A DNA stretch of 64,000 nt from IMG/VR virus record IMGVR_UViG_3300020122_000176. One strand, 5' to 3'. The position numbers and the translations under genes are program-made. Numbering within the stretch: the first letter of the stretch is position 1; each line of letters opens with the position of its first letter. The notes under the pieces were generated by a model. It saw only the letters and a list, made by a program, of their open reading frames with translations, did not search any database and was not told the origin of the DNA. This stretch comes from an uncultured virus (IMG/VR IMGVR_UViG_3300020122_000176). Lineage: Duplodnaviria > Heunggongvirae > Uroviricota > Caudoviricetes. This document shows, in pieces, positions 36,079 through 45,521 of the stretch.

Positions 36079-36789
36079 TCAGCGCAGATACGATCGCCAC
36101 TCATCGGCCAGATGGTCGTGTTCGTGGCCGGGCATGAGCGGAATGCCCATCGTGAAGTGCGCCGCTCTGGCGTCTGCGGTGATTTTGTCCACCCCGACCA
36201 AGTAATTCCAGCGCGGGTCGAGACCGCCGATTTGGTCATCGTCCAGCCAGCTGAACGCGTGCAGCCATTGCCCTGGCATCTTGTTGACGACGTGCGGCAC
36301 CAGCCGCTGATTTGACGGGTGGCCAGCGTTCCACAAAATCAGGCTCGACCAGTTTTTACGGTAGTAGGGCTGCTGCGCCTGGCCGTCCATCTTCGTGCCA
36401 GAGGCATCAAGCGGGCCATGCCGCACGACGAAGACCGCTTTTGACGGGTCCATCTGCGAGAAAATGCGCAAGACGTCGTCTCGCCAGAGAAAGTCGCTGT
36501 CGCAGAACAGTGCCCAGCCGGAGTGCTGCATGAGGCTCGGGACAAGGAAACGGGTGAAAGAAAACGCTGTACTAAAGGGCTTGCCGTCGCCCACGTCGAC
36601 GCGCTGGTTTCCAGCCATGCGCCATTGCCGGTGGTAAAGCCCGATGTGACGCAATGCGGGCTCGGACAGGCGGTGGATCTGCAGAGGGATGCTGGCGTGC
36701 TTACGCATGCTGGCCTCGCAGACCTCCGTCGCGTCGGGTTCGCGCGCCTCGTGGCCGATGAAGACGACCTGCGGAATCATTTCGGCCAT
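36079..36789 (-). CDS. Glycosyltransferase, CDI/GT8-like
   Basis: STAFSFTRFLVP, WALFCDSDFL (DxD), RKNWSSL, WNYLVG, HFT. Confidence 0.88.
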   Translation of the reverse strand: MAEMIPQVVFIGHEAREPDATEVCEASMRKHASIPLQIHRLSEPALRHIGLYHRQWRMAGNQRVDVGDGKPFSTAFSFTRFLVPSLMQHSGWALFCDSDFLWRDDVLRIFSQMDPSKAVFVVRHGPLDASGTKMDGQAQQPYYRKNWSSLILWNAGHPSNQRLVPHVVNKMPGQWLHAFSWLDDDQIGGLDPRWNYLVGVDKITADARAAHFTMGIPLMPGHEHDHLADEWRSYLR

Positions 36790-37448
36790 CCGTAGAAATG
36801 ATCAGAGCCCATCTGGCATCGGTAGTTGGCGCCGAGGCTTTCGAGATAGTCGCCCGCCTCTCTGGCCTCCAACCCATACCGGTGCGCCATGCGCAGCTTG
36901 ACCTCGATCATCACCAGCGGCTTGCAGCGGGTGAGCGTCTCGCGCGCGCCGCGCAGCGCGAAGAGTTCGAAGCCCTCGACGTCGAGCTTGACGAAGTCGA
37001 CGTGGCCCAGCTTGAAGCTATCCAGCGGGCGCACATTGACATCGCCAGCGGGATCCTCGCGCAGGTAGCGACCGCCCGTGTTGCCGTTGTCGCTGTAGCG
37101 CTGATCTTCGCCCATGCCCATGAGCCCGTTCTTCTCTCCCAGCGCGAAGCGATGCAAATGGATGTGCGTGCGAAGATGAAGGTTTTCGCGGCGCCACTCT
37201 TTCATGTTTTCGAAGAGGCAGTCGTAGGTCGGCCGGCACGGTTCAAACGCGTGCACAGTGTCGAAAAGCTCCGCCATGCGCATCGTCCAGCTGCCGATGT
37301 GCGCACCGCCGTCGACCGCAACGCGGCGCTTCTTTCCGATCAGCGCCATGCCGAACTCGAGGTGGTCAAGTTGCCAGCCACCATCCTCGAGCGCTTTCAG
37401 TTGGATTTGTTCTTCGTCCGGGACCCAGTACTTGCCAGCCCGCTTCAT
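36777..37448 (-). CDS. FkbM-family methyltransferase
   Basis: VDGGAHIG, AFEP, FVKLDVEGFE. Confidence 0.9.
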   Translation of the reverse strand: MKRAGKYWVPDEEQIQLKALEDGGWQLDHLEFGMALIGKKRRVAVDGGAHIGSWTMRMAELFDTVHAFEPCRPTYDCLFENMKEWRRENLHLRTHIHLHRFALGEKNGLMGMGEDQRYSDNGNTGGRYLREDPAGDVNVRPLDSFKLGHVDFVKLDVEGFELFALRGARETLTRCKPLVMIEVKLRMAHRYGLEAREAGDYLESLGANYRCQMGSDHFYGWPK

Positions 37449-38224
37449 GACGTCCTCGCTTTTGCCATCGCCAATCTCGATTTCAGTTCGGGCGAATAGC
37501 CTAGCTTTTTTCTCAGGCCTTTCATGTGGTCCATGTACAGCGCCAGCGGCGAATCGCACCAAACGTGGCCCTTTCCTCCCGGCGTCAGATTGCGCGCGAC
37601 GACGCCCGTGCATGCCAGATCGAACAGATAGCTGTCGTGCCACTCGCGCTCTTTGGCGAACATGCCCGACGCGTAGGACCACGCCCAGGCTTTGATGACC
37701 GGCAGTGCCTGCGGCAGACGGAAGATCAGGAATCCACATTCGCTGTGCGCGCGCTCCCGGCCGAGAAACGCGCAGTCGGTTGGTCCGATCAGCGCCTCGA
37801 GAAACATCTTGGGCACGGGTTTCAGACACCGAACGTCGGCGTCAATCCACGCCATCACTCCCTGCTGGTGGTCCTGATTCGCGGCGTGCTGCACGGCGAA
37901 GACCTTGCGGCAGAACTTGGCTGCATCGGTGCGAAAGCTGTAGCCGTCAACGCGATCCTTCGATTTCCACACCGGCGTCTCGACTCTGCCCTGATAGAGC
38001 GGGTCGCTGCCGTAGCGCTTCATGAACAGCTGGAAGCTGACGACTTGGTCGAGTTGGCGCACTTCGATCCTGCGGCCGCAGACGCTGGCCGGCACAGGCA
38101 TGTCGTGCTCGACGTACAGCACCAGGCCGACCTCTGCTGGCCAGAACGCGTCAAACGTTTCGATGAAGACGTTGCCGTACTCGTGCAGCCCGTTGCGCGA
38201 AAACGATGTGACGACGCTGGTCAT
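37445..38224 (-). CDS. GT-A fold glycosyltransferase-like protein
   Basis: VTSFS, KFCRKVFA, WIDADV, SECGF, EWHDSYLFD, DHMKG. Confidence 0.75.
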   Translation of the reverse strand: MTSVVTSFSRNGLHEYGNVFIETFDAFWPAEVGLVLYVEHDMPVPASVCGRRIEVRQLDQVVSFQLFMKRYGSDPLYQGRVETPVWKSKDRVDGYSFRTDAAKFCRKVFAVQHAANQDHQQGVMAWIDADVRCLKPVPKMFLEALIGPTDCAFLGRERAHSECGFLIFRLPQALPVIKAWAWSYASGMFAKEREWHDSYLFDLACTGVVARNLTPGGKGHVWCDSPLALYMDHMKGLRKKLGYSPELKSRLAMAKARTS

Positions 38225-38751
38225 TCGATGCGCAGCACGAGGTCGGCGCCGAAATGCATTCTTGCCGCCGCGAATTGATTGATCCAGAAGTCGGCTGGCA
38301 TCTGCGTGACGTGGCAGTTCTCCCCATTCGGCAAGCTTTTCTTCGCCGCGTGCGTGGCCACGGTGACGAACAGCGCCTTGTCGGCGAACCCGATCAGATC
38401 CGCGATCACGACGGGCACGTCCTCAACCGGAATGTGCTCCATGACATCGGTACACCACACAAGATCGAAATGGCCCTTCGGGCGCTTTGCGAATTGCGGC
38501 ACCGCGGGATCGAACTTGGCCACCGTGTAGCCCAGCTTTTCCTCGAGCCGATAGCCCTTGTCATGTTCGGGCATGTACTGGTTGCCCTTGCCGCAGCCGT
38601 AGTCGAGCGCGCTTTTGGCGCCGACGCGCTGCGACAGCGCGACCAGCTGATCGGCATACTTGAGACAGCCCCGACCGCTGAAGACTTTGCGCGTGGCGTG
38701 CAGTTCGATGCACTGGTTCAAATAGTACTGGCCTCGCTCAGACAAACTCAT
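38221..38751 (-). CDS. Class I SAM-dependent methyltransferase
   Basis: LDYGCGKG, FDLVWCTDVMEHIP. Confidence 0.9.
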   Translation of the reverse strand: MSLSERGQYYLNQCIELHATRKVFSGRGCLKYADQLVALSQRVGAKSALDYGCGKGNQYMPEHDKGYRLEEKLGYTVAKFDPAVPQFAKRPKGHFDLVWCTDVMEHIPVEDVPVVIADLIGFADKALFVTVATHAAKKSLPNGENCHVTQMPADFWINQFAAARMHFGADLVLRIE

Positions 38752-39601
38752 CGGCGGTCTCCTTCGTTGTGCGCCACGCTAGGCCGCTGGCGATTTCTTG
38801 AGGACGCCATTGGCAATAGGCAAGATTTGCGAGCCACTGCTTACGGGTCGGAAGGTCGGCCCACAAGGGATGCTCTATGTCAGCAATCGAATCAGAACAG
38901 AGGGGCGCTGCGACCGCGTTACCGAGCACAATGCACGGGACGCCAGCGAGAATGCTGTCGACGCTGGCGATGCTCCCATACGTGACCGTGCACCATGCGT
39001 CGCCAAGGACCGACGAGACTGGCGTTTTCGATCCATGGTCGAAGCGCGCACCCTCGACTGGAACTGCGTATTTCCACGATGGCTTGGGGCGATACGTGAT
39101 TGGCCTGTCGGAAAAATCTCGGATGACGCCGATCAGATCACGCGTCCATTCGGTCGGTTCTGTTATCCGATGCGTCAGATGAAACTTCGCACTTGAACCA
39201 AGGATGACGATGCGCTTGCCGAAATTCCTCTTCTCGGAGATTGGAACATTCATGAGCGCCAGCCGATCGTGCGGCCTTTGAATCCGCATCAAATACTCGG
39301 TCGGGTGGGTGCCATCAATGCAGATGCGCCACCATTCTGGCAGGCTCTTGTCGGCAAATGGCGCGCGCGAGCGCGTGTACCCTTTGTCAAAATACCACAC
39401 GCGCTTCCCGGCTGCGCGATAGCCCCAGAGAATTTCGCGCTTAACGACGCCAATCAGGACTGCGCCATCAGCCTCTGGGCCATCATATTCCTCGGTTTTC
39501 TTAAGAATGATCTCGTCGCCGCATGCAGCAGCGCCCGAGATGATCGCAGGCGCCAGTGCGTCCTCGTAGCCCTTCGGCGCTTTGTAAAAAATGTACTTCA
39601 C
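38738..39601 (-). CDS. KpsS/KpsC-like (capsule synthesis) glycosyltransferase-like protein
   Basis: DKGY, YRPKP, VTYGSIASVDSILAGVP, LAYCQW...EI.SG. Confidence 0.7.
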   Translation of the reverse strand: MKYIFYKAPKGYEDALAPAIISGAAACGDEIILKKTEEYDGPEADGAVLIGVVKREILWGYRAAGKRVWYFDKGYTRSRAPFADKSLPEWWRICIDGTHPTEYLMRIQRPHDRLALMNVPISEKRNFGKRIVILGSSAKFHLTHRITEPTEWTRDLIGVIRDFSDRPITYRPKPSWKYAVPVEGARFDHGSKTPVSSVLGDAWCTVTYGSIASVDSILAGVPCIVLGNAVAAPLCSDSIADIEHPLWADLPTRKQWLANLAYCQWRPQEIASGLAWRTTKETADEFV

Positions 39602-40137
39602 ACGACGTGCGCCCAGGTCTTGCCAGTAGACGCGGCGTATAGCGTTGATCTGCTAACCCCGTATCGGGACGCGAGACCATTTCTGCTTCCGGTCCGCGAG
39701 ACATGCCGGCGGATTGCGCGGACCTTTGCATCGCTCAGCTTTGCGAGATGTTGTTTTTGTCCCTTTGGAGAACGCCCGTGGGCTATTCGATCCTGCGAAT
39801 TCTCCAGTGGCGTGCCCCATGTGAGGTTGGCCAGTTCGCAATTTTTTCTGACACCATCAAGATGTCTTGCTACATGGCCAGCAGGGCGAGGACCGACAAA
39901 CGCCTCAAGAACCAGCTGATGGACCTTTCGAAGCTGGCGCTGCCGATCACGGCAAAGACCTACGCACTTGTAGCCGTCCACGATAACCCGTTTTCGTGGC
40001 CGGCCCTTGTATGCGACCTGGATGACTTTGCTTCTGATCTTGAACGTCGCAATGCGGTCTAAACTTCTTACATTGCCTAGGTTGCTGACTTCGTAAAGAC
40101 CTTCCCAACCAAAGACATCTTTCCAACGCTCAGTCAC
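39598..40137 (-). CDS. NUMOD4-HNH homing endonuclease
   Basis: WKDV.GWEGLYEVSNLGNVRS; VHQLVLEAFVG...RHLDG...N...NL.W....N. Confidence 0.92.
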   Translation of the reverse strand: MTERWKDVFGWEGLYEVSNLGNVRSLDRIATFKIRSKVIQVAYKGRPRKRVIVDGYKCVGLCRDRQRQLRKVHQLVLEAFVGPRPAGHVARHLDGVRKNCELANLTWGTPLENSQDRIAHGRSPKGQKQHLAKLSDAKVRAIRRHVSRTGSRNGLASRYGVSRSTLYAASTGKTWAHVV

Positions 40138-40961
40138 AACACACCGGCCCGTTTCAGATGCTTCCACACGATTCCCGCCCTCATCTCTGGCACGTTAAAT
40201 TGCTGGTACGCAATATCGCACATCAGCTGGTCGCGCCCTGTCGGATAGCGCGGCGACTCGATCTCGCTCAGCGGCGTCGACAAGTTCTTGCACACGCCCT
40301 CGCTGGCTGAAATCGGCACGCCGGCCAGCAGCGCGTCGACGGCAGCGTTGCTGTGCAGCGTCACCAGTGCCCATGCGTTTTCAAGCGCCTCCATGATCGA
40401 CTGGCTTGGCGGCGAGAAGATCGTGCCGGGAATAGGCTTGGCCTCGAGCCATGATGGTTTTGGCCGATAGATGATCGGTCGATCGGTGTAGCGGCGCAGT
40501 TCGTTGATGGCGGCGATCTCCCACTGCTGCGGCCCGTAGCCGCGCGTGCGCGCCGACTTGCCCGACATGCCGGCCAGCACGACGTCGCGGCCCCAGCGCC
40601 GCCATGGCGCGGGCACGATGCCAAAATGGGCGAAGCGGTCGCTGGGCCAATGCCTGGCCATGAGCGCGTCCGGCTCGCGCCCGTTGACGCACACTTTGTG
40701 GAAGCCTTCCAGCGGCCTGCCCTCTGGCTTTCGGTTCCACCAGCCCAGATCGATGTAGACGAACGAGCGCCCTCTGGCTCGGTAGTTCTGGAATGTGGCC
40801 GGGTTGGCCCAGCCGTAGGCCACGCACACGTCCGAATCAGTCGGCGTGAAGTCGGGAGCCAGGATTGGCACATCGCCACAGGCGGCCACGCCTTCGGCCA
40901 TAGCGAGGGCGACATGACGGCTGCGCCGATTCGCTGGATCGAAATGGCAGGCGACCTTCAC
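40134..40961 (-). CDS. KpsS/KpsC-like glycosyltransferase-like protein
   Basis: YIDLGW, IYRPKP, VTLHSNAAVDALLAGVP, AYQQF. Confidence 0.7.
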   Translation of the reverse strand: MKVACHFDPANRRSRHVALAMAEGVAACGDVPILAPDFTPTDSDVCVAYGWANPATFQNYRARGRSFVYIDLGWWNRKPEGRPLEGFHKVCVNGREPDALMARHWPSDRFAHFGIVPAPWRRWGRDVVLAGMSGKSARTRGYGPQQWEIAAINELRRYTDRPIIYRPKPSWLEAKPIPGTIFSPPSQSIMEALENAWALVTLHSNAAVDALLAGVPISASEGVCKNLSTPLSEIESPRYPTGRDQLMCDIAYQQFNVPEMRAGIVWKHLKRAGVL

Positions 40962-41695
40962 CGGCGCAACAATCTTGCGAAAGGCTCGCCTGAGCGTATC
41001 TCGTCCAAATTCCACTGCGCCCATGCCAGCCGAATCAGTTCTGGCTGGCGCTCGCCGCGAAAGATGGGATCGCCAGGCTTGGACGCCATGGCCGACACCA
41101 TGAGGTTCGGACCGTGCTGGATCACCGGCACGCCCGCCACCACAGCGTGGCTGGCCGCGTTGCTGGACCAGACGTGGCACACAGATGCCCCGGCGAGATC
41201 GGCCGCCAGCGGCCTTGTGGTGACCCTGGGACGGCGCACGATTTGGCGGTCGGCCGGGAAGCCCAAACCCATGTGCCAATCGGGCGGGGCCGTGCGCTGG
41301 TCCTTGGGGTGACCGCGCTGGCCGATCACAAGCTCGTACGCGCCGCCGATCTTCCATGGCGATTCGTGCACGCCGAACGACGCCCAGCGCTCAGCACCGC
41401 CGGCCGGGAACGTGCCGGTCCCGTTCCATCCGTCGAGAGCGATCTGGTAGTAGGGACGGTGCGCCATCGGCGACAGCCAGCCGTTCTCCATCACGATCAC
41501 GGGCTTTTCAGCGGCGGCGAACAGGATCTGCAGTTGCTGTCGGTACGAGCCCATCCACGGCGACCACACTGCGAGAATGTCGGCCTCATGCTTCACTGTG
41601 GCGGGCTCGCACGTGTAGCCCAGCCTCGAGAGACCAGCGATCACCGCATGATAAGGATAGTCATCGAGCGGCGGGATCCCGATGCACGCTTTCAC
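40958..41695 (-). CDS. KpsS/KpsC-like glycosyltransferase-like protein
   Basis: VMENGW, VWSSNAASHAVVAGVP, LAWAQW.LDEIRSG. Confidence 0.68.
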   Translation of the reverse strand: MKACIGIPPLDDYPYHAVIAGLSRLGYTCEPATVKHEADILAVWSPWMGSYRQQLQILFAAAEKPVIVMENGWLSPMAHRPYYQIALDGWNGTGTFPAGGAERWASFGVHESPWKIGGAYELVIGQRGHPKDQRTAPPDWHMGLGFPADRQIVRRPRVTTRPLAADLAGASVCHVWSSNAASHAVVAGVPVIQHGPNLMVSAMASKPGDPIFRGERQPELIRLAWAQWNLDEIRSGEPFARLLRR

Positions 41696-42042
41696 TTGAT
41701 CTCGCCGTTTGTGATGTAGCCGTGCCAGCTATTCGTCCCGCCATCGATTGATGGCGTGATCGAGATGTTATCGAATGTCGCTGCGCCAGCTTCGGGCGTG
41801 CAAGTCCATGCGACGTCCTCCCTGCAAAGCTGGGTCCAACGCTCGGCGTCTTCTCCAATCTCGGCCACGACAATGTTGCATTGTTCTTGGCGGGGAAGCG
41901 CCTGGAAGAAGCACGCCATGCGATGCGGGGCGGGATTTGGTGTCCCGTCATGGCGCACGCGTTTGACTGGGCAAATGAACAGGATCCCGACGCGCACGCC
42001 GTCCCTCAACAGCCAGCGTGGATCAAGCTCGGAAAGTCGCAT
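41692..42042 (-). CDS. DUF6527-like small Cys/His protein
   Basis: FICP...SITPSID....WHGYITNG. Confidence 0.6.
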   Translation of the reverse strand: MRLSELDPRWLLRDGVRVGILFICPVKRVRHDGTPNPAPHRMACFFQALPRQEQCNIVVAEIGEDAERWTQLCREDVAWTCTPEAGAATFDNISITPSIDGGTNSWHGYITNGEIK

Positions 42043-42043
42043 G

Positions 42044-42715
42044 CTAGAGCCCTGCGCTGGTCGGATCGACTTCTGCCAGTTGCCCTTGCGAAGATGTTTC
42101 TTGGACAAGGGCCACCCCGTCGGCAATCGAACAGCGTGGCCAAACCTTCAGCGCGCTATCCTGACTTGCGTTTATCACGCGCACTCCGCGCTTGGCCAAC
42201 GGTTTCGCCAGGCTTGCGAACAGCGGCAGCATGTGGCGCGTCATCGTGTCTTCGATGTGAACCGTGCCGTGCCCGCCATGGAAGTGCGTCTTTCCATCCG
42301 GCCCGTGGCGCATGTCGACGCCGAACAGCACAATGCATTTTGCACCCAAATGTACTGCAAGATGCATCCCGGCAAACGCTGAGTTGTTGCCGTGGCGAAT
42401 GCAGTGCGGATCGGGGTCGAAGCCGCTGTGGCCGGTGAAGGTGTACTCGTGCACCCAGCCAGGCAGTTCGTCCTTCTGATAGCCAAGATTGCCGGTGGCC
42501 TTGCTGAAGGCCGCGTGCGCCTCGAGCGCCTCGCGATGCTTGCGGAAGAACAGCGCGTCGGACCACCACAGCGCAGATGCACGCGGTACGAATTCATAGG
42601 CGCGGTTGAGCGCGATCACGTTGGCGCCGTCCAGCTGCGCGAAGTCGAAGCCATCCAGCGACGTGCCGCCGCCGACGATGGCGACAGCCTGCCCGTTGAA
42701 GATTGGTGGGATCAT
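42044..42715 (-). CDS. DUF115/Maf-like glycosyltransferase-fold protein
   Basis: IVGGGTSL, IALN, NSAFAGMHLAVHLGAKCIVLFGVDM, VINAS. Confidence 0.72.
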   Translation of the reverse strand: MIPPIFNGQAVAIVGGGTSLDGFDFAQLDGANVIALNRAYEFVPRASALWWSDALFFRKHREALEAHAAFSKATGNLGYQKDELPGWVHEYTFTGHSGFDPDPHCIRHGNNSAFAGMHLAVHLGAKCIVLFGVDMRHGPDGKTHFHGGHGTVHIEDTMTRHMLPLFASLAKPLAKRGVRVINASQDSALKVWPRCSIADGVALVQETSSQGQLAEVDPTSAGL

Positions 42716-43290
42716 CTCGCGAATACGAAGTCTGGCCGCGCGGCGTGCACCTGGCTGTAGCGCATCTTTGACAGCAGCCGACGCACGGATCCGACAGGGT
42801 GGCCGAAGCGTGTCTCCAATCCCTTGATCTCAACGATGAGGACGGGCCGGAACTTGTCGATCGTCTTCCGCGCCCCCTTGATGGCTTCGAACTCGGCGCC
42901 TTCGACATCCAACTTTATGAGCCCACAGGACAGAAGGTTGAGGTTATCGATCCCCCAAGCCTCGAGCACGCCGTTGTCGTCGGTCTGAACATAGTGCGCC
43001 GCGCTATGCTTGCTTTTGGACTCAACCATTTTGGCGCGCCGCGTTCGGTCAAGGACGGCCATCTCATAGAGTTCGACATTGCGCTGCTCACGCAAATTCT
43101 CTGATGCTCGGACGAAATTGAAATGCGATGGCTCGAAGGCCAGAACGCGCTTGAAGCATTTCGCCATGGCCAGCGCCCAATGGCCTTCGTACGCACCGCA
43201 GTCCAGAGCGACGCCCCAGTCCTTGATCAGCCCAGAGCCCAGCGTCCAGTGCAGCGTGGCGATCTGCGCCCTAAGTCTATCTTCGGTCAC
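42712..43290 (-). CDS. FkbM-family methyltransferase
   Basis: LDCGAYEG, AFEP, LIKLDVEGAE. Confidence 0.9.
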   Translation of the reverse strand: MTEDRLRAQIATLHWTLGSGLIKDWGVALDCGAYEGHWALAMAKCFKRVLAFEPSHFNFVRASENLREQRNVELYEMAVLDRTRRAKMVESKSKHSAAHYVQTDDNGVLEAWGIDNLNLLSCGLIKLDVEGAEFEAIKGARKTIDKFRPVLIVEIKGLETRFGHPVGSVRRLLSKMRYSQVHAARPDFVFAR

Positions 43291-43553
43291 GCCGGTCGCC
43301 CGCTGGTGATGCGCAGCATGCCGGTTAAGAGGTTCACCATCAGTTCGGTCACGCCGACCGTGCCCATCACCATCGCCGAAGCTGGGAGGTCGCCGCTGGC
43401 GTCGGGAAAGATGGCTTCATAAAGCTTACCGTTCTTGTCACTGATGGTGACAGTAAACGGCCCGGCTGGCAGATGCGCTGGATCGTCCATGTGCACGAGC
43501 GCGACCTGGTGCATGGTCTTGCGTTTTGAGTTGAGGTCGATCGGATCGCTCAC
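43287..43553 (-). CDS. Hypothetical protein
   Basis: GTGA overlaps on both sides. Confidence 0.5.
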   Translation of the reverse strand: MSDPIDLNSKRKTMHQVALVHMDDPAHLPAGPFTVTISDKNGKLYEAIFPDASGDLPASAMVMGTVGVTELMVNLLTGMLRITSGRPA

Positions 43554-43993
43554 GTCGGGCGATTCCGCATGCTGCGGAAGTTCCAGGCGAACTTGATGCG
43601 CCGGCGATCGTCAATCCCCATGCTCAGCGGCGCCGACTGTTTCGAATAGAAATAGACAAAGTTCGGATCGATGTCCGGCTCCTGCGCATGCAACGCGAGG
43701 AAGATATCCTGCACTTTATCGCGCGCGGCGCGATAGTCGTCTGGCTTGGAGCGCACCACGATCTGCACGTCGGGGTAGTCCATCATGAAGCCTTCCTCGG
43801 CTGGACGGCCGGGACTGTCGTAAATGCAGATAGCGCGGTCCGCGACGGTCTTGGTCGTAGCTGGATCGGAGTCCGGCATCGACCATTTGTAGACCATCCA
43901 ATCGGCCGCAGAGTTCGTGTTCTGGCCAAGGCCTGCCTGGACTATTGCCAGCTGCACGGCATCGATGGTGTTGACGCCCGGGGAAACGCTCAT
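43550..43993 (-). CDS. Tail terminator
   Basis: IYDSPG, YPDVQIVVRS, QSAPLSMGID...R.KFAWNF. Confidence 0.8.
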   Translation of the reverse strand: MSVSPGVNTIDAVQLAIVQAGLGQNTNSAADWMVYKWSMPDSDPATTKTVADRAICIYDSPGRPAEEGFMMDYPDVQIVVRSKPDDYRAARDKVQDIFLALHAQEPDIDPNFVYFYSKQSAPLSMGIDDRRRIKFAWNFRSMRNRPT

Positions 43994-44457
43994 GGAGTCT
44001 TCACCTCTTCGGGCGACGGACCAAGGTCGCCGGCCGCGATCTTGGTCTTCAAGTTCTCTGCGATGCGCGCGCCCATACCATGTGTCGCCTGATTGAACGG
44101 CAATTCGAGATATTTCGCGCCGCCGACCGGATGGTGCGCCTCGAGGTTCTCATGCACGAACAGCGCATAGCCATCGGTGCTCTGGCCCGTCTTCGGGTTG
44201 ATCTGCGCCGCGGGGCCGCCGTAGCCAAGCTCGACCGTGACCTTGTTGCCATCACGCTCGGGCGGCTTGACATAGCCGCTGCCCTTGAGCGCGGCAGTGT
44301 CAACTGGCACCAGCGGACCGCTGGCCGTCATAATACCCTGCGCCTCGAGATAGAGTTCGCGTCCCAAAAGAAAGAACGCGCGATCTCCCACCTTGCTGAG
44401 AGTCTGGCTGATGCTGCGCCCGCTGGCAGTTCTGTAGGTCTTGAACGCCGGTGCCAA
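43990..44457 (-). CDS. Neck/tail completion protein (HK97 gp10-like)
   Basis: VPVDTAALKGSG, YALFVHE, AKYLE. Confidence 0.85.
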   Translation of the reverse strand: MAPAFKTYRTASGRSISQTLSKVGDRAFFLLGRELYLEAQGIMTASGPLVPVDTAALKGSGYVKPPERDGNKVTVELGYGGPAAQINPKTGQSTDGYALFVHENLEAHHPVGGAKYLELPFNQATHGMGARIAENLKTKIAAGDLGPSPEEVKTP

Positions 44458-44458
44458 T

Positions 44459-44773
44459 CTATCCCTCCGTCCAGACGCCGTTCGTAAGATACCCGTGCCA
44501 GTGATACCCCTTCTCGTCTTTCGGATTGATGCCGATCGAAGGGCTCAGCGTCACCTTAGGCCACTCTCCGCTAGCGCTCCACTCCGGACCACCAGCATGC
44601 TTCGTCTCCGTACCTGCAAACCACATCGCGCTACGCATGCCGCAACCGCACGGACAGGAGTGCTGGATGCCGATCTTCTCGTCGTTGACGATCATGAACG
44701 CATATGCGCCAGGCTTGGCGCCTTCGTCGGAATTGATATCGGAGACTTCAAAAGCGATGGCGTTGCGCGGCAT
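44459..44773 (-). CDS. DUF6527-like protein
   Basis: CPCGCG...VTLSPSI...HWHGYLTNGVW. Confidence 0.7.
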   Translation of the reverse strand: MPRNAIAFEVSDINSDEGAKPGAYAFMIVNDEKIGIQHSCPCGCGMRSAMWFAGTETKHAGGPEWSASGEWPKVTLSPSIGINPKDEKGYHWHGYLTNGVWTEG

Positions 44774-45036
44774 CACACTTTCTCCCGACCATGTCGTTCC
44801 TGCCAAGCGCGCGCCCACGCGTCCTTGGGATCAAGCTCGATGCGCACGTCGCCGCGCATCTTCTCCGTCATGATGTTTTCGCGCGCCGCATCCAGCATCG
44901 GCTTGCCTTGCTCGTCCGTCCTGTAGCGCACGATATAGCGCTCTTTCTCATTCGCTTCGACCACATAGGTGCGCTCCTCGCCATCCAGAAAGACCTTGGC
45001 GCCGTGCGAACCAATTTCTCCAATCTTCAGATGCAT
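44773..45036 (-). CDS. Hypothetical protein
   Basis: KVFLDG...EANE..YIVRY. Confidence 0.55.
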   Translation of the reverse strand: MHLKIGEIGSHGAKVFLDGEERTYVVEANEKERYIVRYRTDEQGKPMLDAARENIMTEKMRGDVRIELDPKDAWARAWQERHGREKV

Positions 45037-45043
45037 CGCTCGC

Positions 45044-45367
45044 TCACTGGAAGTAGAAGCTTGTGTACGCTGGCCCGACTTCGTCCGATTCCTGATTGAC
45101 GTCCATCAGCTGGGGCTCGCTGCCATCGGGGAAGATCACGCGATCATTCGTGCTGATGGGATCGACCGTGTCGAGCCACGCCTGGCCGCGCACTTGGACG
45201 AACTGGTTCGCTGGCCCGAGGATGTTCTGCGTTTTGAAGTTGATGCGGCAGAGATAGGTCTTCGCTGGCCCATAAGACGGCACGTTCTCGTCGTTGCGGC
45301 CGATGAAGGGCTGCACCGTTATCGTCTGCGTCATCATGTCAGTAAATTCGTCTGCGAAGATGCTCAC
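45044..45367 (-). CDS. Head closure protein
   Basis: TITVQP, DRVIFPDG; position after the adaptor. Confidence 0.75.
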   Translation of the reverse strand: MSIFADEFTDMMTQTITVQPFIGRNDENVPSYGPAKTYLCRINFKTQNILGPANQFVQVRGQAWLDTVDPISTNDRVIFPDGSEPQLMDVNQESDEVGPAYTSFYFQ

Positions 45368-45521
45368 CGAAGCCTCTCGATCTTCAGTCGCACGCATTGC
45401 CCATCGGGAACGAGATGCTGCCAGCCGTCACCCTTCTCGACGCGATTGTAGCCTGTGCATAGGACCGGCGTGCGACCGAATGGCCGCAACAGATAACCGA
45501 GCGCGATCAGCCACCAGTATT

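Noticed and set aside
39598..40137. Group I intron around the HNH gene
   Set aside because: Flanking genes overlap it directly and each looks complete; no room for a ribozyme core
36079..43290. Host capsule/LPS locus or DNA hypermodification cluster
   Set aside because: Embedded in and coupled to tail genes; no exporter, nucleotide-sugar synthesis or base hydroxymethylase genes. Disfavoured, not disproven
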